Shown: positions 11,916-23,958 of the stretch, one piece after another | How the letters are laid out: every line of letters starts with the position of its first letter | Numbering within the stretch: position 1 is the first letter of the stretch | From: Vicugna vicugna | Taxonomy: Eukaryota | Reading direction: 5' to 3' | Length of the DNA: 64,000 bases | NCBI GenBank assembly: GCA_013265495.1 | Contig: MU058037.1 | Span: 188,001-252,000 of the forward strand | Notes under the pieces: model-generated | Told to the model about the DNA's origin: nothing | Database searches by the model: none | What the model saw: the letters and a program-made list of their open reading frames with translations, nothing else | Translations under genes and position numbers: made by a program

Positions 11916-13120
11916 AAACTTTTTTTCTATTTCCCCAATGCCTAAAGAAAACTGTTTTTAAAAGGCTTTTTAAATTCAGAAGTGGAGGGTTAATAGATGC
12001 TTGACTTGACCCTGGGTTCAGAGAAGAGGAATTTTACCCGCTTCCTGATGACTTCTTCTGCTTTGTCTGAACTTTCTCAACTTGCATCTAGAGTGAAATT
12101 CTTCAGAATTGAGAGATTATTTTATGTGCACACAAAAGGCAGGAGCACATGGGACCCATAAGGGACTCTCAGTGATTTATAGCTGATGTGAATCAGCGCA
12201 GTTACATTGCTTTTCTCCTAATATGTAACCAAGATCACTGTATGAAAAAAAAGGCCCTGTAAGGTAGGGGATGTAGATCACCTTGGCAATATGGAGCACT
12301 GTGGACAGAGAGGAAGTCTGAGTTGCAATTTAGGATGGCAGTAAAAAGCTGATGTTCTAGAAAGTAGTAGAGAGGGAGATAGAGATGTGTTAAGATAGTT
12401 CATCAGAATAAGTTGCTACTTGACATAGGTACGTGATAATTACTTAATTGGTGGATGAATGGACGAACAGCTGAATATTGCCTAGGGCTGGCCTAGGGCA
12501 AAGGAAAGATGAGGAGCTGTGCTTGTCTGTACATCTCTAGATAAGCTGATTGGTTGGATATTTTATGGGAAATATATTCTAACTTCCAGACAACTGATTA
12601 ACCAAAAATTACTAGGACATCAGCCTATTTGTAAATTAGAGACTATGTCATATTCATAATAACCAATAAATGTGTATTGTGCTATGTTTTAAGACCTGTA
12701 CCATTTGAAATCATGGGGATCCATTGGTAAGAAATGCTCGATCTTCTTATATATTAAGAAATAGTCAGTCACCTAAGTAATGTCGAGAAAACAAAAAGCT
12801 AAGCTGGGTTCTTGCTAGAAAAATCAGTGCTCAGTGGGTTTCATAAAAGGGAAGAGTTCACTGTGGGTGAACTTCATGGAGGAAGTTGGATATTAACTTG
12901 GTGTTGAAGGTTAGATGCATGAGAACAATCTGGCCAGAGTTGAGGGAGCATGTATACAAAGAGTGGGTAGGCAGATGAGGACCAAGTTAGTAAGGATATA
13001 GAAAGCAAGGCAGAAGAGTTTAGATTTTATCTAATAAACAATAGGGAGCCTGCATCAGATGAATTCCTTTGCAAATAACACAAAAGTGACTTTTGACAAA
13101 TTAAGGTTTACTTTACTTAA

Positions 13121-13150
13121 ATGGTAAGATGCACAATGGTAAGATGCACA
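13121..13150. repeat. Perfect 15-bp tandem duplication (atggtaagatgcaca x2)
   Basis: Read directly from the sequence. Confidence 0.95.
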
Positions 13151-14889
13151 TCAGAGAACAAGTCCTGAGCATGTTGGCTTTCTGTTCTCATGCTTGCTAC
13201 CTCATAGTCAGAAGAGGGCTGCTGTGTAACTACTATTTTCCCAGTCGGCTGAGAGTCCCACCAGGTGCAGGTATGGGCAAGGAGGATGAAACATGGTTGG
13301 GATATATCCCTGGAGTAGTATTGTTATGAGGTATAGTAGGTAGTAGTGTTCGGATCTCTGAGTACGAAGTCAAAGGGACAGCAGTAGCTTTCCATTGTTC
13401 TTGGGTGAAGCCTAAACTTTTTGGAATGGTACTCAAAATCTTTCACAATCTGACTATTTTTTCTAACCTCATTTCTGGGTACTCCTCTCATACTACACAC
13501 CAACACTCTAACAACAAATTTTGAAATACTTCTTTTTTTTTTTTGAAAAGAGATATTGACTAACTTTAGTTAAAGCAACTTTGACATAAAAACTTCACAT
13601 TTTATAGATAGAATTAGGTTTCCCAACTCTTCCCTCCTTTCTTGGAGTAGAATTATCAGTGTGCTTATGTTGTGATACCTCCCAATAGAGGAGACAGGGT
13701 AACAGAATATTTCCAACTCCATTGATGTCAGGTTCGGCCATGTGTCTGGCTTTGAACAATGGAATATCAGCTAATAGATGAACAAAAAATTTCAGTGCAC
13801 TCAGTTTGGTTTGGAATTTTGCTTAATAATATAGGGGGCAGATCTAAGCTGGCTTAAATATAATAATAAAATTCCTATGCAGGCCCTTTTATACTAATAA
13901 TTGTCAATGGACACATTATTTCCTACATGTTTAGTACATTTATTAGATCTAACATCAAGCAATATGGAGGCCGAATATGTGTTTTTGAGTAAAGTATTAA
14001 ACATATTCTGAGATACAATGAAGTATTTTTCTCATATGATTATTAACACCCAAATATTTTTAACTGTGGTTTTTATACATAGACTGATCAAAGATTTACC
14101 TTTTAGAAATCAACTTGAATACTAATTTGATGCCAAGTGCATCTGGGCATGAGCTGACCTCAGCTTTTGAATAATTCATCTTAAGAGTTACATGATTTTC
14201 ATTTTTTTCCTAGCTACTTTTGAAGTTGTTTTCCTTTGGCTCAAAGCAAGAGGGAGAAGCAGCGTGCTTTCCCAAGGAAAGCCTTGAGATCAAAAGGTTT
14301 GGCATTAAATGCTGTCTTGATCACAGTTTATGTGCTTCAGCATTTGCTCTGAATTTGGTGTCCCCGTCTATCAAATGGGGACATTAATTAATTCCACTTG
14401 GTAGAGTAGTTGTGAAGATCAGATACAATAATGTATGTGAAAGCACACTATAAAGTATTTGAAAATTACAAAGGTATTCTATTTCTGGCTCAAACATTCT
14501 AAGAGAAAGAAAAAAACATTGAATTGGTGCCTTGTCTTAAGGGCTGTATGTATCTGGGGGTTAAATTTCTTTCATGTATACAAAAACTGTTCTTTTTGTC
14601 TTCTTTCCATTTTGGTTTGCTGTTTTATCCTTTCCTGGCCTGAGTTTGCTCCATTCTTTTCTCTTTCCATAATGGGAATTGGTATCTCCTGCTTTAGTTA
14701 AGAGTAGTGAGATTCCTTGTTCAATCTGTTTTGTTAGATTTATCAACCTCCAGATTGAGCAGTCTTATAGCTAGATCAACAGCATCAACAGAATCTAGTA
14801 TTTTAATGATCAAATCAAACAAAATGGAATAATCATAGGTAATGTTTAAAAAAAAAAAGGTTGTTGAAGTCTATCAGTCCTATAGCTCA

Positions 14890-15010
14890 GTCTTGGCTGC
14901 TTCACTTACAGCTTTCTCCTCAAGCTTTCTGAGCCTGTTTCCTCACTTGTAAAATAGCAGTAATTGCTACTTTATGGGGTTATTTGAAAGATTAAATGAG
15001 ATCCATAAAT
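14890..15010 (+). mobile_element. MIR fragment
   Basis: MIR core ctgagcctgtttcctcacttgtaaaatag...gattaaatgagat. Confidence 0.7.
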
Positions 15011-15989
15011 TTATGAGTCTTCATTTTGAACTTCAGAGAAATCTCATAAACACTATGAATTATAATCTCTAGTCTGTGAAGTATGACCTTTTAATTTTTC
15101 ATTGGCTTAAAGTTGTTTATGGTCCATAGTATGTTTTGAGAATGTTCTTGAAATGTTACAGTTGGCTTCTTTTCGGTAGTCAGATTTGGATTTGCTCTCC
15201 ACAAAGTGAAGAAGCAGAAAAGTCAGATGGTATTGACAAAATGCCTTACCTGGCCCTCTAATGCAGTTAACCCATAAATCCAAGGAACTCATTTAAGAAA
15301 ATGCACTGTATTTGAGTCTGAGTCCCCTCTCCTTAGCCAGTGGCAAGTTTTTCCTTGGTCCTTATTAAGGGCAAAAAACAAAACTTACTCACCGGGGGAA
15401 AATATTTTGGGTTAAATGTCTACCTGATTAGATCTCTCAATATCACATAACATCCTTGAAGTCATGCTTTCAGTGGCAAGAACATACCTCATTTAGTTTT
15501 CTTTACTGATATACCCTTTCCCCCTCTCGCCAAATAAAAGCAATCTTGTTTTTAGAGAGCAAAATTTAAATGCAAAGTGTTTCATTGTTCATAGTTATTG
15601 AAAAGGCTGCTAAAACAATCATTATAAATCTCAGATTTCATATGAATTGAAGGAAGTATAACAAAGCACCCGCCCCTCTTTTAAACAAATAAGGCACTGT
15701 GCCTAGCACAGTTTGTGGAATCTAACATATCAGCAGATATTTCAGGCCCATGTAATTGTAGTAGTTATTCATGCTAAGACTTTTGTATTAATTCATATAT
15801 GTCTGTAGTTCTCAATTACAAAATTTGAGATTTTAGAGCCTATTAATGGAGGCCTATGGACAATATGGGTTGCTTGGTTTGACTTCTGAAACCAGACCCA
15901 CTTACTGTATCATTTAAGTCAACTTTCCATTGTCTCTCTGATTTTGCTGCATACTCTGTAAGAAGGGCCCACCCTCTTTTCCACCTTGA

Positions 15990-16118
15990 AGACTCCCCAG
16001 CCCCACTCCTCAGAAAGATTTGGTCACACCTTCCCCAATGCTCCCATAGTACTTGCACACTCTCCACTGTGGCACCCCAGTGCTGTATTGTAAGTACTTA
16101 GTTCTCTCTCTGTCTCTG

Positions 16119-16154
<36 letters not shown>

Positions 16155-16312
16155 TCTGTCTCAGTCTCTCTCTCTCTTGTCTGATATTTCCTCTTGGAAG
16201 GTCATAAGCTTTGTTCATCAGTGTTTCCACAGCACTTAACACGTGGCAGGCACAGAGTAGGCATTCAGTGTTTGAACTGAGTTTGTTGAATGAATGGATG
16301 GAAGAATGAACA
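15990..16312 (+). mobile_element. L2 3' end containing a (TCTCTG)n/(TC)n microsatellite at about 16103-16178
   Basis: cagcacttaacacgtggcaggcacagagtaggcattcag...gttgaatgaatggatggaagaatgaa terminus. Confidence 0.75.
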
Positions 16313-17677
16313 AGTCTTAAGGGGTTTGAAGCTTCATTGCTTTTCAGTGGATTCCTCTGATTTCCTCCCAGTCTCTGAACTATCTTGCTGGCATCTGGAA
16401 ACCATTATAAACTGGGGAAGAAAGAAAAGGTTCAAGGAGTCAGAGTCAGCCATCTTCCCACTCGTCACATTAGAAAAGTCCTTGTAAACCTAACAGTTAC
16501 CTTCTCCTTCCTCTACCACTCATGCAAGGAAGGCGTAAGACAAAAGTAGTGATCCAGCTGCTAAGGAGAGATGGTGGTTTCTGCCATGCCGTGGGGGCCA
16601 CATGTGAATTGGACAAGGATCAGAATAAGGATCAGAATACAAAACTAGAACTCCTTTTGATTCTCCCAAGGTGTGTTTTTTCTTCTTTCAAGTTACTGTT
16701 AATCAAAAAAAATGCATTCCAAGGTCATAATAAAGTGATTCAGGGGTTGTTCGTGCCACTGTCCCCTGATTACTGCAGTCAATCAAAAATCCATTTTACG
16801 TTATTTCAACATGATGTTACTCGGTTTATTCAGCTGCATACCTAATAGGGTCTGATTAAACACATGGTCTGAGATTCAGAGAGTATTATTTTTTTCATAC
16901 ATAGATCTCCCCTTTGCAAATGACCCTCTAAACCCCTCCCCCAATCCTGAAGCACTTTTCACTTGAAAGAAAATATAATCCAGCTTTATAGAAAAAGAAA
17001 CATTTCCATCCTACTTGCTTATATTGTCTAGTTTCCAGTTATGTTTTTTTGTACAGTACAGTTTCCAGAAGGTGAATGCAAGTGCTCTTCCACATACATT
17101 TTCAAGGTATTTCTTTTGTTCCAATGACAATTCATTTGTTATTTTTATAGTAAGCTAGGGAGTGTGGTGTTGATCACAGCTGTTACTCTTTATTCTTGCA
17201 GTTGGCAGCGTAGCTTCACCAGGGATCATATACCCTGTTTACCCTCAAGCCCACGATTGGAGAAAACCGCTTTTATTGTTAAAGCTATCCAGCTGCAATT
17301 AAGAGGGCACCTGAGAATTTGCAAACGCTTCAGTCCATTTGTTGGTGCAGCATTAGTGACTATGAATAAAGGTTGATAGTATCCTTTTAATTACTTAGAT
17401 TCAATTTATCCTCCAACAATATTGGCTGGATTCCTTCCAAGTTTTATGTAGTTTTAGAATCCTAATGACCTTACCTTGGAGAATGTCCCGGGTTTTATTT
17501 TGGTGGCTAATAACACCTATGATGTTCAAATATTTGCATTTACTATATTTCATGCTCATTCTAAATTCTGTTTTTTTCCTCTGTGGACTTTTGACACCTA
17601 TTTTTAAGATTATGTGTTAGAAAGCATTGATATACTGGAGTTTGAATCAAAGTCCTTGATTAACAGGTTATGTACCT

Positions 17678-18151
17678 GCGTCAGTTATCTGTTGCCACAA
17701 TAATGCTGCATAATAAAGTTTTTGGTGACATAATTTATTTAGCTGATCCAGGCAGGGCTTCTGTGTCTGTAGTCAGCTGAGAGTTAACCAAGGCAGCTTT
17801 CTTGAAACTGGCTGGGCTTGCTCAGAAATCTCTTGGTATGCTAGCTATCAGCTGATCTAAAACAGCCTTGGCTGGGAAGACGAGCACTTCAGCTCCACTC
17901 CATGTGTCTGTCTTCTCCAGGAGGCTAGCCCAAGAATGTTCTTGTAGCAATGGCAAAGGACGGGAGCAAGCCAGCCTCCTTGAACAAGCACTTGTCAAGC
18001 CTCTGCTTGCGTCATGTTTGCTAATGTCCTATTGGCCAAAGCAAGTCAAAGTGAGTAGGAGTGGGTGGGTATTGCAGACTGACAGGGTAAAGGGCACGGA
18101 AATAGGGTGGAGTGAAGAACTGTTTCTAGTTGCTGCAGTCAGTCTACTATA
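17678..18151 (-). mobile_element. MLT1-family (MaLR) LTR
   Basis: tgcgtcagttatctgttgccacaataatgctgcata start; tgctaatgtcctattggccaaagcaagtca motif; ends agtctactata. Confidence 0.7.
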
Positions 18152-19869
18152 GACCATAGATTTAAACAGCTTGCCCTCTTTTTTGGTCATGGGCTCATTT
18201 TCCTTGTTTCCTTCACCCAATTTCCTTCTCTCCCGTTTCCTTTCCCTAGCTTCCTTTCTCTTCAGTCTTCACCTCCTTTTCCTGTTTTCCATCCCCCTAC
18301 CTTCTCTCCTTCCTTCCTACAGAGAAACTAAAAACAAACCTCAAATTCTCACACACATAGATAATTATTTGAAAAGAGTTCTTTTGGTCTCTGGAGCTCT
18401 CATTACCAATTAACTCCTTAGAAAAGGAAATGCTGAAACCTCTGTTTCTCCAAAAACTTAACAGTGTGGGTGGTTCTGGTGTGGGCAGGAAGAGACAGTC
18501 AGACTTAAGTTGTCCTGAAAGAGAGAGAGGGAAAAAAAACCCTCCATGAACTAAACACAGAAGCAAAACCTAAATAGATTTCCCAACATTTTTTTTTTGA
18601 AGTTTCTCCCAAATTTACCAACTGGAAATTTGAACTGGGCTTTTCTTTTTAATTAAGGGTTTAGAATAGACGTGGATGCAGGTGGTATTTTGGTTGGTAG
18701 TTTGTGGTGATAATTATTGTTGCCATAGCTACCCGAAAAATGTTCAACAGAATATCACTTCATGTTGCAACTTCAAATAAAGGCTGTAAAAGTTCTCTGC
18801 TTCTCATATAGATTTAATTTAAAGGAAAAAGAGTCTGCTATATTCAGACTGGAATCTGTTTCTTAATCTGTCCCTGAAAATATGGCTGGGTGTTCAAAAC
18901 AGGTCAGTTCAGGGGTAAGTAAATTTTCTTAATAAGTTTAAACTGACTTCAGCTAGCTCCTTCCACAGACTTGGCTTACATTACGCTAATTGATAACAAC
19001 TTAGCAAAGTGAGATATATTAAGGTGATTTATTATGGTAAATATTTAATGAAGTTTCAGGCTTCTGACTCTTCAAGGGAAAGAGCTCTGCCTTTATATAA
19101 AACTCATACAATGTGCCAATTCTTGATTCAGGAAAAAAACTAAAAGCAAAAATCCGTAAAAGCTTCACATATAATAACATGTACTTCAAGAAGGCTCAAA
19201 GGCATTTTATCAAATTCTGCTTCCATTAATCTGCCTTGGGATAGTCTGGGCTGGGTTCCATGTGGTTAATTCAATGTGAAATGGCAATTCCACTTCTCAA
19301 AATATACTATGTTTAAGACAGTGAGGAGTTTGATATGATTCCTCAGCCCTCTAACCCAAGCTTAGTTTTCTGTAAATTAGAACTAGATTTCTTTTCTACC
19401 TACCAGTCTATTTCAATGGATCATTTGCCTATCAGTTAGACCCTTTGAGCCTAAATTTCCTCATCTGTATAAGTGAGGCTGTAATACCCACCTCTCTGTG
19501 TTGTGGTGAGTATTGAAGGTCAGCATAGATTAAATCGATGAATAAATTAAGTGCCATGTAAATACAAGGGCTTGTCCTAAACACAGATATTCTGTTAAGC
19601 ATTGGAAGAACTTAGATTTTCCCCTAAGAACTTTGGTCAGTGGTGTGAATCCTTGGTGATGGCAGAACTATTGGACAGCAGTTAAAGATACAGAGTGAGA
19701 TCTAATTTGTTTTCCATTTTCATGGCTTGGATTTCAAGGCCTTCCCAGGTAGATATAGTCTCTAACATGATTTAATTTTCACACTTTGTAAGCCAGCTCC
19801 AAACCCAAGGGACAGCAAGAAATGAAGTTGTTTGACTAAGAAGCTCAGCTGCACCATTTGAGAGGTTTT

Positions 19870-21931
19870 ATCTCTTTTTAAATTAATTTTTTATTGAAGT
19901 GTAATTGACATACAACATTGTTAGTTTCAGGTATACAACATAATGATTTGATACTTATATAGTTGTGAAACGATCACAACAAAAAATCTAGTTAACATTC
20001 ATCATCATACATAGTTACAAATGTGTTTTCTTGCGACAAGAACTTTTAAGATCTATTCTCTTAGCAACTTTCAAATATACAACACACCATTATTAACTAT
20101 AGTCACCATGCTGTACATTATATCCCAAGGATTTATTTTGTAATAGGAAGTTTGTACCTTTTGACCTCCTTAACTGATTTTGCCCACCCGCCACTCTGCT
20201 GCAGGCAACTACCAATCTGTTCTCTGTATTATGAGCTTGTTGTTGTTTAAGATTTCACGTATCAGTGAAATCATTTGGTATTGGTCTTTCTCTGTCTGAC
20301 ATATTTCACTTAGCAAAATGCTATCAAGGTCCATCCATATTGTTGCAAATGTCAAGACCTCCTTTTTATGGCTAAGTAATATTCCATTATCTATATACCA
20401 CAGTTTCTTTGTCCATCCATGGTTGGACACTTAGGTTGCTTGCATGTCTTGGCTATTGTAAATAATGCTCCAATAAACATGGGGGTGCATATATCTTTTT
20501 GAGTTAGTATTTTTGTTTCCTTTAAATACTCAGAAGTGGAATTGCTGGATCTTATGGTAGTTCTGTTTTCTTTTTTAGTGGGAGATGTGGGGGGACCTGC
20601 CACACTATTTTCCTTAGTGGCTGCATCAGTTTACTTTCCCACCAACAGTACACAAGGATTCTGTTTTCTCCACATCCTCACCAACACTTATTTCTTGCTT
20701 TTTTGATGATAACTATTCTAACAAGCATGAGAGGATATCTCATTGTGGTTTTGATTTGCATTCACCTGATGATTAATGATGTTGAATACCTTTTGATTTA
20801 TCTATTGGCCATCTGTATGTTCTCTTTAGAAAAATAACTATTCAGATCCTCCACTCATTTTCTAATCAGATTTTTTTTTGCTGTTGAGTTGTATGAGTTT
20901 TATATATATACATATATCTAAAATATTAATCCTTTATCAGATGTATGATATGCAAATATTTTTTCCAATTCAGTAGGTTGCCTTTTCATTCTGTTGGTAG
21001 TTTCATTTGCCATGCAGAAGCTTTTTAGTTTGATATAGAATGATGTGAAGAAACTTGCCACCTATGTTTACTTCTAGGCGTTTTATGATTCCACATCTTA
21101 TGTGTAAGTCTTTAATAATCCATTTTGAGTTAATTTTTGTTTAGGGGTTCTATTTCATTCTTCTGCATGTGGTTATCTAGTTTTCTCAGCACCATTTATT
21201 GAAGAGACTGTTTTCTTCCCCATTGTATATTCTTTGCTCCTTTGTTGTAAATTAATTGACTATTTATGTGTGGGTTTAATTCTGGGTTCTGTTCCATTTA
21301 TCTATGGGTATGTTTTTATGCCAGTACCATGCTATTTTGCTTACTGTAGCTTTGTGATAGTTTGAAATCAGGGAGCATGATGCCTCCAGCATTGTTTTTC
21401 TTTCTCAAGATTGCTTTGACTAATTGGGGTCTTTTGTGGTTCCATACAAATTTTAGGGTTGTTTATTCTATTCTGTAAAAGATGCTATTGGAATTTTGAC
21501 AGAGATTGCATGGAATCTGTAGATGGCTTTGGGTAGTACAGACATTTTAACTATATTAAGTCTTCCAGTCCATGAGCATAGAATATTATTGTTCCATTTA
21601 TTTGTGTCTTCTTTATTTCTTTCATCAATGTCTTACAGTTTTCAGTGTTTAGGTCTTTCACCTCCTTGGTTAAATTTATTCCTAGATATTTTATTCTTTT
21701 CATACCATTGTAAACAGGATTGTTTCCTGAATTTGTCTTTCTGAGAGTTCATTGTTAGCATATAGAAATGCAGCAGATTTTTGTATATTTTGTATCCTGC
21801 AACTTTACTGAATTCATGTATTAGTTTTAACAGTTTATTTTTTGGCGGAATCTTTAGGCTTTTCTATATATAATATCATGTCATCTGCAAATAGTGATCG
21901 TTTTACTTCTTTCTTTCTGATTTGGATGCCT
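19870..21931 (-). mobile_element. 5'-truncated L1 (L1MA9-like 3' UTR plus ORF2 C-terminal part)
   Basis: Minus-strand peptide KDICTPMFIGALFTIAKTCKQPKCP. TSD atttgag(a/g)ggtttt at 19856-19869 and 21932-21945. Confidence 0.9.
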
Positions 21932-22392
21932 ATTTGAGGGGTTTTTAAATGAGGGACTGGACGGTGTTTCCACTATCTTTTTGAAATTTTAATGTCTTTT
22001 CAGTTCACTTAATTTCTCACATTAACTTTGAAAAGGACTTCATGGCATATATTTATTTACCTTGAAATTAAAGTGAGCGCAAAGTAATTTTGTTTTGAGA
22101 GGTTTTTAGAATTTCTGACATCCCTTGAGAGCCCAAGGCATCACCAAAACAGGAATTGAGGTCAAGACTTGCTGGTTAGTGACCAGCGGGGTTCGGAGTG
22201 ATTGGCCAGTTGTACTAACGGATGATGGGGCTGTTCATACTGCCACTTCCCAGTCCCTGTTCAAGTGAAACAAACAGAGCTGGTCCAACTGATACACACA
22301 GAGTTCTATTACTCCCTGGAGAAAAGGATTTCAGCTCCTTGGTGTCTGGTACAAAACTCTCTTCATCATTTGATATGGCTTTATTTACAGTT

Positions 22393-22450
22393 ACATTACT
22401 ACTACTACTAGTAATAATATTAGTACTACTTACTACTACTACTACTAGTA
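22393..22450. repeat. Imperfect (TAC/TAA/TAG)n microsatellite
   Basis: tactactactacta...tactactactactactagtagt. Confidence 0.9.
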
Positions 22451-22555
22451 GTATGTTAAATAAAAAACTCTTGTGCATTAGATTCATGAAAGTGTTACAG
22501 AAATCGATGCATTTCTATTTTGATGTCAAGGTGATCTAGCATAGCTTGAAATATG

Positions 22556-22860
22556 TTTTTAAATTTTTTTTTATTGAAGTATAGTCAGTTTACAGTGTTG
22601 TGTCAATTTCTGGTGTATAGCATAATGTTTCAGTTATAAATATACATACATATGTTCCTTTTCATATTCTTTTTCATTATAGGTTATTACAAGATACTGA
22701 ATATAGTTCCCTGTACTATACAGTATAAACTTGTTGTTTGTCTGTTTTATATATAGTAGGTAGTATTAGCAAATTTCAAACTCCCAATTTATACCTTCCC
22801 ACCCCCCTTTCCCCTCCAGTAATCATAAGTTTGTTTTCTATGTCTGTGAATCTGTTTGTT
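22556..22860 (-). mobile_element. Short young L1 3' end (cetartiodactyl/camelid type)
   Basis: Poly-T then ttattgaagtatagtcagtttacagtgttgtgtcaatttctggtg...; closely similar to the copies at 30653 and 31014. Confidence 0.85.
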
Positions 22861-22929
22861 TGAGAGATTTTAAAAGGCATCTGCACCTCATATATATACT
22901 TTATATAATGTTCATGGTACTTAATACAG

Positions 22930-23122
22930 AGCTGCATTGTTCAATATGGCAGCCATTAGCAACATGTGGCTGTTTAAATTTAAGATCACTTAAAATAAGA
23001 AATTCACTTCCTCAGTCATACTAGCCATATTTCAAGTGCTTAGTGCCTACATGTGACAATGGCTAAATAGTGCAGAAACAAAACATTTCTGCCATCATAG
23101 AAAGTTCTATTGGATAGAGCTT
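22930..23122. mobile_element. MER3-like hAT-Charlie fossil
   Basis: tgttcaatatggcagccattagcaacatgtggct...ctagccatatttcaagtgct...gaaagttctattggatag. Confidence 0.75.
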
Positions 23123-23724
23123 GTATAGAGAAAGATGGGAATATTTTTCTCCATTAAGCAAGATGTGAGCTAGCCTAGGAAAAATGTCAAGAGCCTTTAG
23201 AATTTTATGTCCTTAGAGAGAAATATAAAATATTCCATTTACTTGCTTCAAAATTAAGAATATGAATCATAAAATTTTACTGAATAGCTACAACAAATTG
23301 TAAAATCTGAAAATCATTTCCTGTTATAATAGTGTGTAGAGGGAGAGAAATCAGGGATGGTAAATGAGGGACAGAAACAAACTCAGTCATCTAGGTACCC
23401 ACACACAGTCACACACTAGGATAGACGGGGGAGGAGAAGTAGCCATAAATATGCAGGCCCTGAAACAGCAAGGGGGAAAGAAAGAAAGGTGGAAGGCAGC
23501 GAGAGGGGAAAAAGAAGAGTCAGAGGAAGACATAGATTTCACTTTTCACTAAGGTGAGTGTTCTCAGGAGGTCACAGATCAGACCTCAGTGGTGCTGAGG
23601 GTTTGCACCTTTTATCTTCTGCCCTGTGACTGACTTGTTGATGGGTCCCTGGTCCCAGAATTTCGAATGCTCTCAAGGGGGCTCCTTCAAGCAGCTGTTT
23701 TCAACCTGGGCAGCCAAATTCTGG

Positions 23725-23958
23725 AGTGATGGTTCTCAGCAGTGGTTCCCAGGGCAGCGGCCCCAGCAGCAGCAGCAGCAGCAGCAGCCACAGCTCCAAC
23801 AGCAGCAGTAATGAGAACTTGTTAGAGATGCAAATTATCAGGCCTCACCCACTCACTCAGTGAATCCTCAGCTCTAGGGGTGGGTCCCAGCCCTCTGTTT
23901 TAGGAAGCCCTCCGGGGGATTTTCATTCACATTCCTGCTCAAGTGTGAGACCCTCTGT
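23725..23958. mobile_element. MER5A-like hAT element with an internal CAG expansion
   Basis: gaacttgttagagatgcaaattatcaggcctcaccc...gggtgggtcccagc...aagccctcc...aagtgtgagaccctctg. Confidence 0.8.
23764..23808 (+). repeat. (CAG)8 plus interrupted CAG tail
   Basis: (cag)8 cca cag ctc caa (cag)3. Confidence 0.95.

Noticed and set aside
22215..22539. Overlapping ORFs with hydrophobic or poly-Thr stretches (membrane protein-like)
   Set aside because: The composition is produced by the (TAC)n microsatellite.
23626..23811. PolyQ protein exon
   Set aside because: The CAG tract lies inside a MER5A fossil and ends in an immediate stop; there is no convincing exon context.
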